From: Mesotaenium endlicherianum
Lineage: Eukaryota
Assembly: GCA_009602735.1 (NCBI GenBank)
Contig: WELA01003159.1
Location: 233,116-270,646 of the forward strand
DNA length: 37,531 nt
Direction: 5' to 3'
The notes beneath the pieces are model-generated. The model worked only from the letters and a program-made list of their open reading frames with translations, was not told the origin of the DNA and searched no databases. Both the position numbers and the translations under genes were made by a program. Below, piece by piece: positions 12,139 through 25,655 of the stretch. Each line of letters starts with the position of its first letter. Within the stretch, counting starts at the first letter, position 1.

Positions 12139-14750
12139 AATTAGAAGTTAGATATGAAGGGCAAGACACCAATCAAACATTTATTTATATGTTTAAAGAT
12201 CACGGGTCAACAATTGACGTTTGAAGAGGCTGCTCCATGAAATGATAATGTTTCGCAAGTATTTCCTTAATCAAGTGGTGTATATTTAGTAGTAATGGCG
12301 GCGTGGTGAAACGCATTCTAGACCACTTTGTGCAGTGAGACTTTGCATCTATTCAAAGTCTTGCTTTCCTAACGGGTGCAAATGTTGAAGCCTTCAGGGA
12401 GAGAGGTAAGTCAAAGCCTGAAGGACTAGATATATTCTAAATTGCATAACACACACTGTAGTGATTTGAGTTATAATATATTAGTTGGCATATATTTTAA
12501 TGCTTTTGAATATATTTGGAGTAGTATTGTGTGGAGTCAAGTGTGAATGGATACTTTAGTGACTTGGTTCATGTCCTTTGAACCTTCTAAGGCATTTTCG
12601 AAATTAGAGGAAGGACGTAGAAGAACTCCATGTGGCAAAAGTTAAATGTGCCATTTTTAGGTCAAAAGGACATGTGTACATCATTCTAGAAAGAGGTGGC
12701 AAGTTTTGGGATGTGTTGGGTGCCAACACATCAACATACACCTTCCTAGAAATTACTTACGTAGCAAGTATATAAACAAGAGCAAGAACATAGAAAGACA
12801 TTCCAGATTCACTCTTGTACGTGCCAAATTCCAGAAATACATTAACTTTCAAGAAGTCATCTCTCTTTCAAGAAGCTACCACTTGTGTTCAAAGATCCTT
12901 GTCTTGAATAGATAAAGTATTCTATTTTACTAAATACTTTATCTATCTGTTTCACTACACACACCATCTTTATAAGGAATGTATTGATGTGCTAACACGC
13001 TTGGCTCCACCATGTCTAAAACCTCACCAACTCTTGGGGCTAACAAAGTCAATGTACACTTGCCTAATCTTCATCAAGTTTACATGTGATCAGTTTAAGA
13101 CGTAAAAGATTTCAAGAATTAGTGGGGGCCAAGACTTATCCCTAAGTTCAAGGAGGTAACACGTTCATTAGTCATCACTCGCTACAGGTGTTGACATAGT
13201 AGCACTTTTGAGAATCACTATAAAATGTGCTAATAACATGATAAAATTTAGTTGCTTATGAGTTATGTATTCAAATGACAAGACCCTCATGTTAAGAAAA
13301 ACAAAGATGTTATGAATGCGATAAAAAACCACGGTCTAAATAGGAGCATAGGTAGATGGTATTTGGTGGTTTGTTCAGTCATGGAAAACTTACATCAGCA
13401 GGTTGACCACATTGTTTCATTGTTACATGTAAAGATGAGAGTACCAAAGGTAATCCTATGAGTAAGAGAGTATCAAGGTTAACTTTATGAATATATCATA
13501 TAAGCTCATTCAACTTGGACAAAACTACAAATGTGACTGGTGTATAATTTCTTTGCATCTCAAGTCTATTGATTAGCTCAATCTTTTTAGGTTATGATGT
13601 CGCACTTTTGTATTTATAGGTTACTATGCACCCCATTCTCGTTTTCTAGCATATATAATATGAAAACATCCTAGTCTTGAAACAAGTATCTTTTTCCAAC
13701 ATTGTACTTTGAAGTTAGCAATTTGATCAGCTTCTAAACTGTGTCACAATTCTTATATATCTTAATCGAGTGCAAAAAAGGTATGGTTCTCTATTACTTT
13801 TAATTGTTCGCAAATGAAATATGTGTAAAGTGGTTCTTATGTATGTAGCAACACACTAAAACAAACTCAACTTCTATTTTTACATTCTACCGCTGACACT
13901 TTTGAAAAATGATTTTCCAGATTCAAATGCATATATGGACTGCAATGCTTCTACTAGAGGTTGTTTGAGCAAAAGACATTTCATGATCTCAAACGTTTTC
14001 TTGAGTACAATATAAGCACACTGCAATAACATTCCAATTCTCATCCTATCATAACTTCTCGTTGCGATTTTGAGAACTTATCAAATGGTTCCTAGATATA
14101 TGAAGTACGAAATTATGTATCATTGCCGATAAAGCATTGGAGCAAAGAAATGTGATACGAGAGCTTTCCAAGTAAGCATATTAACCTCTAAGATGGAAAA
14201 TACAAAATATTTCAACTGAATGTTAATAGGTTTCTCCTCCCAACAATCTCCTCCCGACAAGCCACATGTGTTTCTATCGGATATACTTCATGAATTCAAG
14301 ATGGCTTTTAAACTGGCAAAGTATTTGAAGGTCAGAAAATATCTCACTTACCAATTGCATTTCTATGTTAAGCTTAATGCCCACCTTGGAATAGCATTCA
14401 ACTTTCCAAAGTTTATCTTTGGGACAAAAATTATATCAAAATATGACCAAGTGCATAATCCTGCAAGCATTTACATATATTGAGAAAAGAACTTATGAAA
14501 TTTGCAAAATACGAAACAAGAAGACAACAAATGTTAAGAGAGCATCAAGTGCGTCCTTATGTCCAAATTAGAACATATACTGGACTTTAATATTGGAAAA
14601 GAAAGTTAAGAATCTTGTAAGTCGGTGTGCTATAGAAGAGATGACATGACTGGGCAGATTCTAAAACGGCAGAAAAAGGGACAAGAAGAGAATATGGTTA
14701 CTTCCACCTGCCTCTAGTATGTGCTTGTTGCTCATGTGCCTCATGAGGTC

Positions 14751-14770
14751 CACGTGTCTCGCCACGTGTC
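14751..14770 (+). promoter_or_regulatory. Paired G-box/ABRE-like CACGTGTC motifs upstream of the 15504 gene
   Basis: CACGTGTC at 14751 and 14763, at the edge of the AT-rich region, about 740 bp before the ATG. Confidence 0.35.
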
Positions 14771-15503
14771 AAGAAGAATATTCATTTAGAAGCTTCTAAG
14801 GTTTTTCAGTCGTGTGCGGCAGTCTGCGGTGGTCTGCGGCTGGTCTGCGGCACATTTGAAGTCGCTGTGTGATCGTTCTGAAGGTGCGGTTTTATCACCG
14901 TCGCTTTCCTAGCGTCGTTCTGCAGTCGACCTTTCTGGTATTTCTCTTCAAAAATTATTGAATCGTCAATCGAACGGCGGATCGACTAAACAACTTCAAA
15001 TATTGCAAATCATATCTTAAAGTTATTGGACTGAAGAAAACATTTTGCGCGCGTTAAAATTTTCTTTGGACAGCGCCGACGCTACATTCGGGGCCAGTGC
15101 TGACATGCGTCGCTCTCCGCAGAATTTGGAAGTGTTTGGAACACTTCGGAAGTGCATGCTTGTTCGCAGTTCGCCTGCAAGTTTAAGCTACAGACCCTGT
15201 TGACGTAGCACTGCGTCGGGCTCAAGAAACAGCTTGTCTTAACAGCTTTCATCTTGCAGTATATGGTGCAGCACTGACGTGAATGTACCAACCGATTCAA
15301 ATTGTCGTTCACAAAAGCACCCCGGTTGCCCTGAAAGTGTGCGTACTTCTTTTCGATCTGCTGAAGTATCTTAGCATGGCCCCCCTCGGTGCAATGAGGC
15401 TGTAACAAAAGGAATGACCCGATGCCTTCTCACTTGTTCTAAGCTTAGGTTTCTCGTTTTCTGAGGTGATTCAGTGGTAACATCGGCAGCGTGATTTTAC
15501 GAA

Positions 15504-18500
15504 ATGCTGAGTCTAGCCTCATCACAGATCTCCTCCTCACAGCTGCTGGGTTGTTGCAGTACTTTCTTCTCCCATGCTGGGGAAGTGAAAGGGGACCATA
15601 CGATCCCCTCCCGCAACCAGGTCGTACACAGGCCGGACTTTCAGGTTCGCTCCTTACTTCGTCAAAGAGCATCATCTTGCAGCTCCTTTAGGCGTCTGCC
15701 ATCTTGTGCCAAATTCGTTTCCGCTGGCCTATTCAAGCAAGCAGGTGAGCCTGGCAAAAATAGGGGGCGTTTTCCTCTAATAGTCAAAGCCGAGAATGGG
15801 TCCACCACACAAATAGTGGAAGGGACATCTTTGCCTGGAGGAGATGGAGATGATGACGGAGATTTACAAGTCGGGCAAAACGTAGCTAGCAATGGGCAGG
15901 GAAGTTATTCTTACCACAGTTTACAGGAGGTAGGCTCCTCAACTTCAGGAGCAGGGGAAGTGGGAAGCCACAACGGAAGTGCTCATCTCGATGCTCTAAG
16001 GATAGAAGGCAATGAGAATTTCTCCTCGGCTTCGGAAGGCAGCCCCGGCCCTGGCCTGGTCTCCTTCAGGCTCGGGACAGGCTTGGCAACGTTCTCGAGG
16101 GGAGAGGATAGCGAGTATGGCTTGAAGGATGGGAAGTTGGGGAAGAAGAAGAAGAAGGACAAGAAATCAAAGAAAAAGGAAGTGGGTCTTAGGGACTACC
16201 TATGGCTCCTGGGCCCCTTTGCCCTTGTAGCTTCCTGGAAGTTCCCTCCTATTGTAGTGAGAGCTGTCGTGGAGAACTACTTTGGCAACACTGTTTTCAC
16301 CGGTGAGTTCGATGTGGCCGTGTTGTGTGTGTCATCTTCATCCGCTTTCTTTCCATTCCTTCTTCATGTTTATTTGTTTCCTCCTGGTTTCTTCACAGGG
16401 ATTTGCTGACTGAACACTCGCAGGGATTTGCTGACTGGACATTCACGGGGATTTGCTGACTGGACATTCACAGGGATTTGCTGACTGGACACTTGGAATT
16501 GGCAGCTTAGAGAAAAGAACCTGGTGCTATAAGGGAACATGTTACTGCTGCTGTGGAAAATGTAGACAGCGCACGATATACTATAAAGAGCAAAGCTTGC
16601 ATACTAGAAGATTTTGGAGAAAATTAGGAGAAAAAAAATGTGAAACCGCTTTTGACACATTTATTATTAGCAACATCAGGTAGAGAAACTTTGCCTCAAA
16701 ATCCTAATGTGGCCAAGTCAATCGAAGTGTACTAATAAATGGAGCAAGGGGTAAACAAAGGGGAAAACGGAATGGTTCTTCGCAATTTTGCCCCTGCTAC
16801 AGCATATTAGCGCTGCTCTACTGTGGCTGCTGACTCAATCCTTTTGGCATGCTTGTCTCAATATTCCCTTGCAAACCCCCCCCCNNNNNNNNNNNNNNNN
16901 NNNNNNNNNNNNNNNNNNNNNNNNNNNNNNNNNNNNNNNNNNNNNNNNNNNNNNNNNNNNNNNNNNNNNNNNNNNNNNNNNNNNNNNNNNNNNNNNNNNN
17001 NNNNNNNNNNNNNNNNNNNNNNNNNNNNNNNNNNNNNNNNNNNNNNNNNNNNNNNNNNNNNNNNNNNNNNNNNNNNNNNNNNNNNNNNNNNNNNNNNNNN
17101 NNNNNNNNNNNNNNNNNNNNNNNNNNNNNNNNNNNNNNNNNNNNNNNNNNNNNNNNNNNNNNNNNNNNNNNNNNNNNNNNNNNNNNNNNNNNNNNNNNNN
17201 NNNNNNNNNNNNNNNNNNNNNNNNNNNNNNNNNNNNNNNNNNNNNNNNNNNNNNNNNNNNNNNNNNNNNNNNNNNNNNNNNNNNNNNNNNNNNNNNNNNN
17301 NNNNNNNNNNNNNNNNNNNNNNNNNNNNNNNNNNNNNNNNNNNNNNNNNNNNNNNNNNNNNNNNNNNNNNNNNNNNNNNNNNNNNNNNNNNNNNNNNNNN
17401 NNNNNNNNNNNNNNNNNNNNNNNNNNNNNNNNNNNNNNNNNNNNNNNNNNNNNGGGAGGGGGGGGGGGCTGCTTAGTTGCATGTCTGAGTCTAGCAATGC
17501 TTAGCTGGCCTTGCTGAAACGTAGGATGGGCTGGCGCTCTCTGTGCGCACCTGTGTGTGCATGTGTACATTTCTCCATACATGCGCGCGCGCGCATGTGT
17601 GTGTGTGTGTGTGTGTGTGTGCACGCATGTGGGCGCCTGCGCGCTTGCGCGCTTGAGGCTGTCTTTTTTCCTGAATGTTTCTTTGAGATTGGTGCAGCCT
17701 CCTTGAAGTTTGTTTTGTAGCGCTCAACGTCTTTGGGGGGGTAAAGACTCAAGCACCTGTCTCTGGGGGCTGGCTGCCAAGCTGCCACCACCAATGATCG
17801 ATACTGTGCCGCTGAAACTCGTCGCACCCGTCTCTCTCACGCACCTCGACAAGCTTTTCACATATTTTACGACATTGTAAGGCTACAATAGGTGCACGTG
17901 GCTGGGTGCCCCCCCGTGTGCACCTGCTCGCCAGCTGTAAAAGCGTGCGACACACGTGCGTCGAAATCTCACAGCAATGCAATGCGGAGCAGATGGGGTT
18001 CCAGCGTGGAGTGCACCATCGGCAGCGGCCCAGTCGTGCGCTGATGTGGCACTTGTGTATTCGTCCTTACTGGAAGTAGTGCTGCAATAGCTCCCAGATC
18101 TACATATTGCTTCAGATGCAGGGACACAAGGAAAGAGCCTGCGCCTCCTTCATGGGAGTGGAGATATGCGGCGTGAAGGAGGTGGGCGTCGGGAGAGGGA
18201 GAGCAGGAGAGTGACGGGCGGCTTGCTTTGGGTGTGATTATTAGGGTGTCTCTGGTGGTCTTAACATCGACTTTCATGAATCTGAACGTCGTATTGAGGG
18301 TGTCATACCTCTGAAAGTCAAGTCTTTGGGTGTCGTATCTCTGGGTTATGCAAGGGTGGTGCTATAGAAGAAAACGTGGGTGTGCTCTCCTGGTTGTTTG
18401 CCGTCTATTTTGTCAACGGGGGTCCTCAAGCTTGGGCCGTGAGGGCTCGACACCCCAAATGACCATGGGGGGCAGACGCCAGAGGACGCAGGGTACATGT

Positions 18501-20284
18501 GCCCCCATGTATGAGGGCATGCATGGCCCCTCTTGAGCTCAACGTACAGGAGCAGTATTCCGCTCACTCGTGTGCGACGTGTCAAAGGAGCAGCTTTGCA
18601 GCCATTGGCAGTAGAGAGAGCACCATCTCCCTGCATTGCTGCCCCCCTGGCGTTCCAGCAGCATGAGAAGAAGCCAGGGCAGAGAATGGGGCGGGGGAGG
18701 GGCGGGGGTTCAGGTCTTATCACTCATGCATGTTTGGCAGTACACCTCGTTGGAATCAGTCCCAGAGGGTCTGTGTGAGGAGGGGGAGGCTGCTCTCAAC
18801 CACCACTGACGCTCTCTCCCTCTCCCTCTTTCTCTCTCGCGCGTGCTGTGCTGCGTCGTGGTGTCGCCAGATGTCCTCGTGTCATTTGCCATCGATGCGA
18901 TCTTCATGGCGGCGCTTGCGTTCTACATCACCTGGGTGCACAAGCACGGGATCCACCTTCTGACGCCACTTGGCGTGCAGCCCTGGCTCCCCCCCTCAGA
19001 GGAGCAGGTGGGGCCGCCAGCTGGCTACGAGCAGTGGAAGACAGTGATCAACGTCGTGTGCATCGGTATTCCCGTGCTAGCTGTCGTCTTCTCCCCGGCC
19101 TACCGCATGGGGAACATCGCACTGGCTGTCCTGCTCCCCTACTTGATGGTGCTGGGGTGCCAACACCTGGGCCAAGCACAGATGCACAAGTGGCAGTCTC
19201 CCGCGTGGCCGCTTGTCCCTGTCATCTTCCAGGTGTGGCTCTACACTCCTCAGCCCCCATCGTAATTCCCCTCCTTCTCTTCCCCCCCCCCTGCCTCCCT
19301 CCCTCCCCTTCTCCCCCCCACCCTCCTCCTCTTGAGCTGCACGCCACCAGCGGTGTCCCTTCACCACCAAGAATTTTCAGTGTGAGGATCTCACTGCCTG
19401 ATGAGGGGGAGGGGGAGCGGTGGGGCACAGGAGGGGGAAGGAGGGAGGGCACTGCGTGTTTCTTTTCTTCATTTGTTATTTGAGTTGACATGCCTCAGCC
19501 GCCTTCTCAAACGCGCGCTCTCACCCACAAACACATTTCAGCTGAGTGGGCGTGTGCGCGTGTATCCCTGGGTGCACACATACACTCCTTGGCGATGCCA
19601 CACATACTGGCACGCACACTGCATGCACTAATGCAAGCCACCGCCTCCCCCCTGTGCGCGCGTGCTTCTGTGCCCTTTGCGCACCTGCCCACACGCCCGC
19701 CTGCCCACCCGCCTGCCCCCCTGCCCCCCCGCCCTCNCTGCCTGCCCCCCTGACTGCCCCGCCTGCGTGTCCCCCTGCCTGCGTGCCCCCCTGTCCGCGT
19801 GCCTGCATGCCCCCCTGCCCGCCCGCCTGCGTGCCCCCTTGACCGCCCCGCCTGCATGCCCCCCTGCCCCCGTGCCTGCCTGGCTGCGCAGATATACCGG
19901 CTGTACCAGATCATCCGCAGCCAGAACCTGGTGCTGGGCATCATCAGCATGGTGCAGGAGGCGTCGCCGCCCTCCGTGGCCACCTCGTGGCTGTCGGCCA
20001 TGTTTGCGTTGCTTTCCGTGCTCAGCCTCCTCTGGATGGGCAACCTGGCCATCACGCTCTCCACGCTGCCCTGGCTCTACACGCGCTGGGCGGGGGGCGC
20101 GGGGGAGGAGGCGGGCAACAGCAGTGACGGCGAGGGCCCGGCGCCTCCTTTCTTTGCCAGCTGGCGCGCGGGGCCCCGCCGGGGGGCCGGGGGTGCAAAG
20201 GTCGATGCAGACGCGGGCAGTCTCAGTGATGACGAGGATGGCGCGCAAGGCTTTGGGGGCGTGGGTCCAGCTGTTGCCGCATAG
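15504..20284 (+). CDS. Probable plastid-targeted multi-pass membrane protein (resembles the uncharacterised At5g63040/At1g48460 family), 3 exons, about 517 aa
   Basis: Phase-compatible exons 15504-16302, 18871-19232, 19892-20284. Ser/Arg-rich transit-peptide-like N-terminus, several hydrophobic segments, and the motif WQSPAWPLVPVIFQ|IYRLYQI recalled from that family. An N gap (16885-17453) lies in intron 1. Confidence 0.78.
16392..16491 (+). repeat. 25-bp minisatellite, 4 copies, intronic
   Basis: Unit TTCACAGGGATTTGCTGACTGGACA in contiguous copies with no spacers. Confidence 0.9.
19690..19882 (+). repeat. Degenerate C-rich repeat (CCCCCCTGCC/CCGCCTGC) immediately before an acceptor
   Basis: Direct reading. 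The complementary strand has many G-runs. Confidence 0.75.
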
Positions 20285-22395
20285 AGTGTGACAGGAGACG
20301 AGCCTAAGGAGCAAATGAAGGTTGGGGTGGAATGGGGGGAGGGGAGGAGCCGCCGCGCCCCCCCCCCTCCCCCCCCCCCAAGATCTGAGGACACACGCCC
20401 ACCGTCGTCTTCATCTGCGACGCAAACTGGGGGTGCGGGGGGGGCGAGGAGGTAGCTGTAGTGACGGGTCGCCGCTTGTTCCCGGAGTCTATCCTTCATT
20501 GCGCCGCACGCGAGGTCAGGTTACGTTCAAGATCCTGTTGGGCTGTAGGAGTGTTTGTGCGCTGCTCTCTCTAGTGTGTGTGGCTCTTGCACTGGCGGCG
20601 CCAGCGCTTGCTGGAGGAAGTGTGCCGAGGAATTTAAGGATTGAGAGAGAGAGAGAGAGAGAGGGGAAGAGCGCTCAGAAGCAGCTGCTGGGCAGGCGAG
20701 ACGTCTGATGAATTCCTGACCTTGGAGTTGTTGCACGTGCGAGAGAAGGGGAGTTGTCGATGAAGAGGATCGGCACACCGACTTGTCCTTTGTTGGTCGA
20801 AGAGCAATGGCTGTGCTGCAGGCAATAGGTGGGATAGCTGTTTTTGCCGCATAAATAGAGCGTGTGCACGATATAGGTAAGGACTGCTGATGTGGAAGTG
20901 TGCAGCTAAGTATGCTTGCAGATGGACACCTGTTGTAACATCTGGCCAATCTGCCGGCAAAGCAGCTCCAGTTTTTGGGGTGACTGCTTCTGCATGCGAG
21001 CTATCTCTCCTTGAGATGTTAAGAAAAATCATAGAGGCCAGAATAAGATAGAGCTAGGAAGATGTAACGATGTGTTCAATTTTGTTCAAATGCCACCTGT
21101 CATTTGCACGTACAATGGTATGCGTGAAATCTGTCCAATGCATTTGTGAAAATCTTTTTCTTTTTCGTAATGACATGTTCTTTGTCATGCAGCTGGTGCA
21201 ACATGGTGTTGGGAGATGAGAACTTAAATGTTCCGACTGCACTAATGCCTTCAAGTATAATGTTTCATTTTTGAGTTATGCTGTACAACCACATCATGTT
21301 TAATAATGTACTAATTGTGACTGTTGGGACATAAAATGGTGAGTTGATAATGGCCCAATTTATCAGAGCGACACTTGTTTGGGACACCTGTACAGGTAGC
21401 TCTAACTCCAAAGATCTGTGTTCATGTACATCTAGTGACATAAACCTCTAATTTGATGCAGCAGCTAGCACATTATTGATAGGTGACAGATTCCATGCAC
21501 ATGACTTCACAGGCATGACTTGACAGGAGCAGTGCCCTATGTAGTTAATTTGTTTGTATATTATCTGAAATTGTCCCGGGAATATCAATATCCTTTCTGA
21601 ACAGATGATAAGCACCAGTAAAGGCGGCAGGCTTACGTTCTAGCATAACAAAATGGTTACTCTATACTGTTTTCTCAACAAACAAGGTAAGACTGATATT
21701 TTTAAGACTGCCCCTTCAAAATTAACCCCCACAATCAAGACCATGTTTGCGACCACAATTTGATAAAGCAGCCCAATTTCTTGTCCAATTCAAGAGTGTA
21801 CATATGAAGTGAATGGACAAACAAGCACACTCATATATAAAAGGTCTCAGATTATATTATTTCTCAGCATTGCTAGAGCTCGGAAGTTTACCACCTCCAC
21901 CATTTAGGTGGGCACAGAGATATGTAGGGGTTCATACATGTGAGGCTGCAAAACCAACACATGCCTTTTTTGAAATTCCAACAGCTATCAAAATTTTGAA
22001 GGCAACAAACGAGAACGATCCATCAAACTTCTCTGATAGGTAGTTAAAATTGTAAAGGTTTGCAAGTGCTTGATCATTTTTGCAAGATAAGGTACTCTGC
22101 AGTACCGAATTTTATATGATGCACGATGAAACCGTTAAACCGCCAAGTATTTTCTCTTACTGTCTTAGACAAAGAGCAAGCAACAATTCTTGCAACAGCA
22201 GGAAGTGCACCTTTAACAGATTCATTCCCACACAAAAAACTACGCACAGCGCTGCAGACCCTATTGTATATGGCTGGCACTGGGTATCAACTAGGACACA
22301 TTCTACAGCCAGATGGCAACATCTATCTGAACATGGATATAGTACAAGGGTACAAGGCAGGTGCCGTATTTGCAATACTCCAGTTGGAGAAGTTC

Positions 22396-24013
22396 CTAGT
22401 CCTTGTTGACATGTGTGCCGACACGGATGACAATGCCATCAGGATCGCGAAGGTATGCAACAGTCTGGTGCCACTCCTTGGGCTCAGGCTCCGCCTTCAG
22501 TGTGGCCCCACACTCTTGCGCTTTCTGCTCACACGCCCAATACGTGAGCAGGTTTGTGATTCAGTTACAACCCTCCTCACAAACCTATGTGTGGTGGCAT
22601 ATCAAGTACAGTTCACTCGCTAAGTATACCATTCGTACTAAATCGGTCACCATTTATACTAGTGTATAGCTACTGAGGCATCAGTCTATAATATTCTGAC
22701 TGCCTTTGTATTGCAAAGTGCCTGGTATGTTTTCCACAGCCTTGAGCTCAAAAAGAGGTTACATCACATGGTCAATTACACTAAATTTGAGCAAGGCTCC
22801 AAAAGGGAAGCTGACAACAGAGGGGGAAACATGCACATGCAAACCGCAATAGATTACAGGTGGCAGCCATGGATCATTGAGTACAATCATGCAAAGAGGA
22901 GGAAAAAAGAAAACTTCCCATCCCAATGCTTTCCCAATTCTAAGTTAGATAAAACACACAGCAGTATCAGCATGAACAGATCAGAGCAGAATAGAGGCAG
23001 TCACAAAGAATGGAGATAACCAACCGCGAAACTACTGGTTATTGCTCACCTTTATGGTGGCATTGAGGTCATCGCAGTTGAAAGCAATCTCAACATTCTG
23101 ACGTGGCTCATCAACCCCCTGAGCTTTTACACCCCCTGCAAGACGAGCCTCCTTCTGATCAAAGGAGGTGAAGCACAGGGTAACTGGTCCCGTCTCCATC
23201 TCTGTCCAGCTGCAACAAGAGGCCATCACCGTCACATTCAGAGCAATCAGGACTTTATAAGTAGAGACTATCTGGTGGTAGAGTTTCTACAGTGCTATAT
23301 AATTTCAATATCCTTAAATACAGGAAACAACATTAGAAAACAGGAAGGATTAATAGGAAAATAAATTTGACTTTTCTACACATCTGCTTCCAAGAAAGAA
23401 CGTCTATGACAATTCAACATGCACAGCTGGATATACACAAAAAGAGGTAACTGGCAACCACCCTTAATCACAAGACTAGATGCCGTCGTTATGTCGAGTG
23501 AAGACACGACAGACATTCCGACTGCCAACAGATCCATCTAAGCAACACATGAGGATGAATGTAAAGGAGTGGAAGCTAATGCATGATATCTCAGAGCAAT
23601 TTCTGCTAGATACATATCTACACTCAAACCAGCTCTATAGAGGCTCTGCTGTATACATCACAGAGATACTTTTTTCACATAGAATCCTTGTAGGAAACCA
23701 CATATCTACACTTCGACTCAGCTCCACAGAAGCTTTGCATATTATTCGGATCACGAAGACACATATTCCAAAAAAGGCCCTTGATGAGAAGTAAGACGAG
23801 GTTTGGCACTTCTGGCTTCTCATAACTACCATGACGTGGAGTAAAATTTACTCTCTCAATAGTCTACAAGTCCATGCCTGCTGGTTGAGATCCTTACAAT
23901 GGACTTTTTACACGATCCTTGAGGCCGAAGACTTCAGTGTAGAACTTGCATGCCTTAAGGACGTCTTTGACATACAGAGTCACATAAGCGAAACGACAAC
24001 CTGGGGCAGCCAT
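22396..24013 (-). CDS. VOC/glyoxalase-bleomycin-resistance family protein (At2g32090-like), 3 exons, about 134 aa
   Basis: Exons 24013-23898, 23209-23050, 22524-22396. Protein: MAAPGCRFAYVTLYVKDVLKACKFYTEVFG...WTEMETGPVTLCF...VEIAFNCDDLNATIKKAQECGA...PEPKEWHQTVAYLRDPDGIVIRVGTHV, with typical VOC motifs. An upstream coding exon cannot be excluded. Confidence 0.9.
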
Positions 24014-25115
24014 AGCTATTGACTGTGTTCGAGGCTGCAAACAATATTCTCAGTCCTTTATTGTGCTCGGGGCTGGAGACGATGTTCGGCAGAAGCTTGT
24101 TCAAGTGTCGACTTTGGGTCTTATTGTACTCTTTATATTCGAGCCCTCTCCCATAGAGGGATAAAGTATGATAGTCCTGCGTGGTCATTAGGTACAGCTT
24201 CATCGTGTCTTCACCCTGCGAGAATTTCTCTACGGATAGGAAGGCACGGCTTAGAAGCCAGTAATTTCTCTAAAGAAAACTGACTACGTGTGGCGCATAT
24301 CCCGTCGTGCATGGATAAAGTGGCCTGGGAATACGACGAACTCTGTGGTGCTTAGAGATGATAAGAACGTCACTTAACGCTGAGGCGCCAGCGTACCCGC
24401 TACATGGACACCTCGTAGAGTCGTCACACCAAGTCGTGCATTTTGACGATGCTATCATCCACTGTATCAGCAGCTGCAATCAGCTGCACTGCTACAGTCG
24501 TTTCTGGTCCTGAAAACGATATCAAATCGTTCGGAAAAGTGCAGATTGTACTGGATTGTACGATGCTATGAAAGTCTTCACGTTGATTCCGGAACCAGCA
24601 CCAGATAATTTTGCCACATGGTCAGACTGCTCTAGAGGAGCATTTGCATGTGCTGGAGTTATGTGACTTGATCCGTGAAATCGAGTACGTATTAATTAAT
24701 CAATAATATATACTTGCAAACATAATAATTACGTCGATTTCTCAACGGACCGTTTTCGAAATTGTCTACCACTTTCTGACTTTAACCAGTTTTAATATTG
24801 CTTAATTATGCTTAATTCCCGTCTTCTCAACGTCTCAAGAATTCTGATTGCATCAGCTGAACAGCACGTCACAAGCTCGACTTGGCTCGATCAGGCTCGA
24901 CCAACTCACGGAAGCACACGGAAGTGCACGGAAGAGTCCACCTTGCTCCAGCTCGACGTCCAGGCTTCACCCAGGGCTGGTCAGAGCGCAAAACATATCG
25001 GCACATGTCGCCCTTTCATACTAATTGTTCATGTATCCCCATAAATGTACCTAAATGTACCTGGTGCTTGCTGCCCGCCAACTAAAGGACTTCTTGGCGG
25101 GCAGCTTGTTGAGCT

Positions 25116-25354
25116 CGTGGGGGGGAAACTCCCTTCGAGAATCCGGGTGAAATAGCGCCCAAAATTCAAGGTTTCAAATTAGCGCCCTGAAATCAAAATG
25201 TCAAAATTAGTACAGTGAATTAGCGACCTTTAATCAAACAAATATGTATTAATAGCGCCCTGAAATCAAACTTAGGAGATTTAGTGACAAGATTCAAAAT
25301 TTTAAGGCTCCGACTTCAAAATCTCGGAAAATTAGCGCTAGTTTCCACCCCATG
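25116..25354. mobile_element. Non-autonomous hAT-type MITE, 239 bp
   Basis: 15-bp TIRs CGTGGGGGGGAAACT and (reverse complement) CATGGGGTGGAAACT match 13/15. Perfect 8-bp TSD GTTGAGCT at 25108-25115 and 25355-25362. Internal TAGCGCCC/AATTAGCG repeats. Confidence 0.8.
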
Positions 25355-25655
25355 GTTGAGCTCTCAAATAGAAGCTTTGACACATGTCGAAGACATGTGT
25401 CAAAGCTAGATTTGTGATATATGAATGCAGATATGTAAATCTTTGAAAATTGTAGCTACCGCTCAAATTCAAATGTCTACTGACATCGATGTTGTCACAT
25501 CGACGTACATAAGCTTCGTTGAAGCACTTTCAGGACAAGAAAGCAGAAGCTTGAAGACTCTCTCTCCGTTCACGTCAAGCAAGTTACAACAACGCATTCT
25601 GCAGCACATTGCGGCAAATGCGAGTCCAACTCAGAAATCACTTAGCACTGTAGCT

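Noticed and set aside
11400..14700. AT-rich 3.3-kb region as a decayed transposase, or poly(A) as a LINE/SINE tail
   Set aside because: Only a faint FWDVLGANT-like fragment near 12706 and no termini or TSD that I can support. It needs a translated search against a TE protein library.
16392..16491. CRISPR-like direct repeats
   Set aside because: Units are contiguous with no unique spacers, in a eukaryotic intron, with no cas genes.
16788..17624. ORFs of 200+ aa spanning the N run (similarly at 26023-26687)
   Set aside because: Open only because Ns contain no stop codons.
22126..22623. 165-aa plus-strand ORF
   Set aside because: Overlaps antisense to the well-supported last exon of the VOC gene and has no recognisable features.
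23308..23323. ATATCCTTAA U12-like motif
   Set aside because: It lies on the strand antisense to the VOC gene, with no matching exon structure.
25373..25410. Hairpin plus CTAG as a Helitron 3' end
   Set aside because: CTAG overlaps the stem instead of lying about 10 nt downstream, and it is followed by A rather than T.
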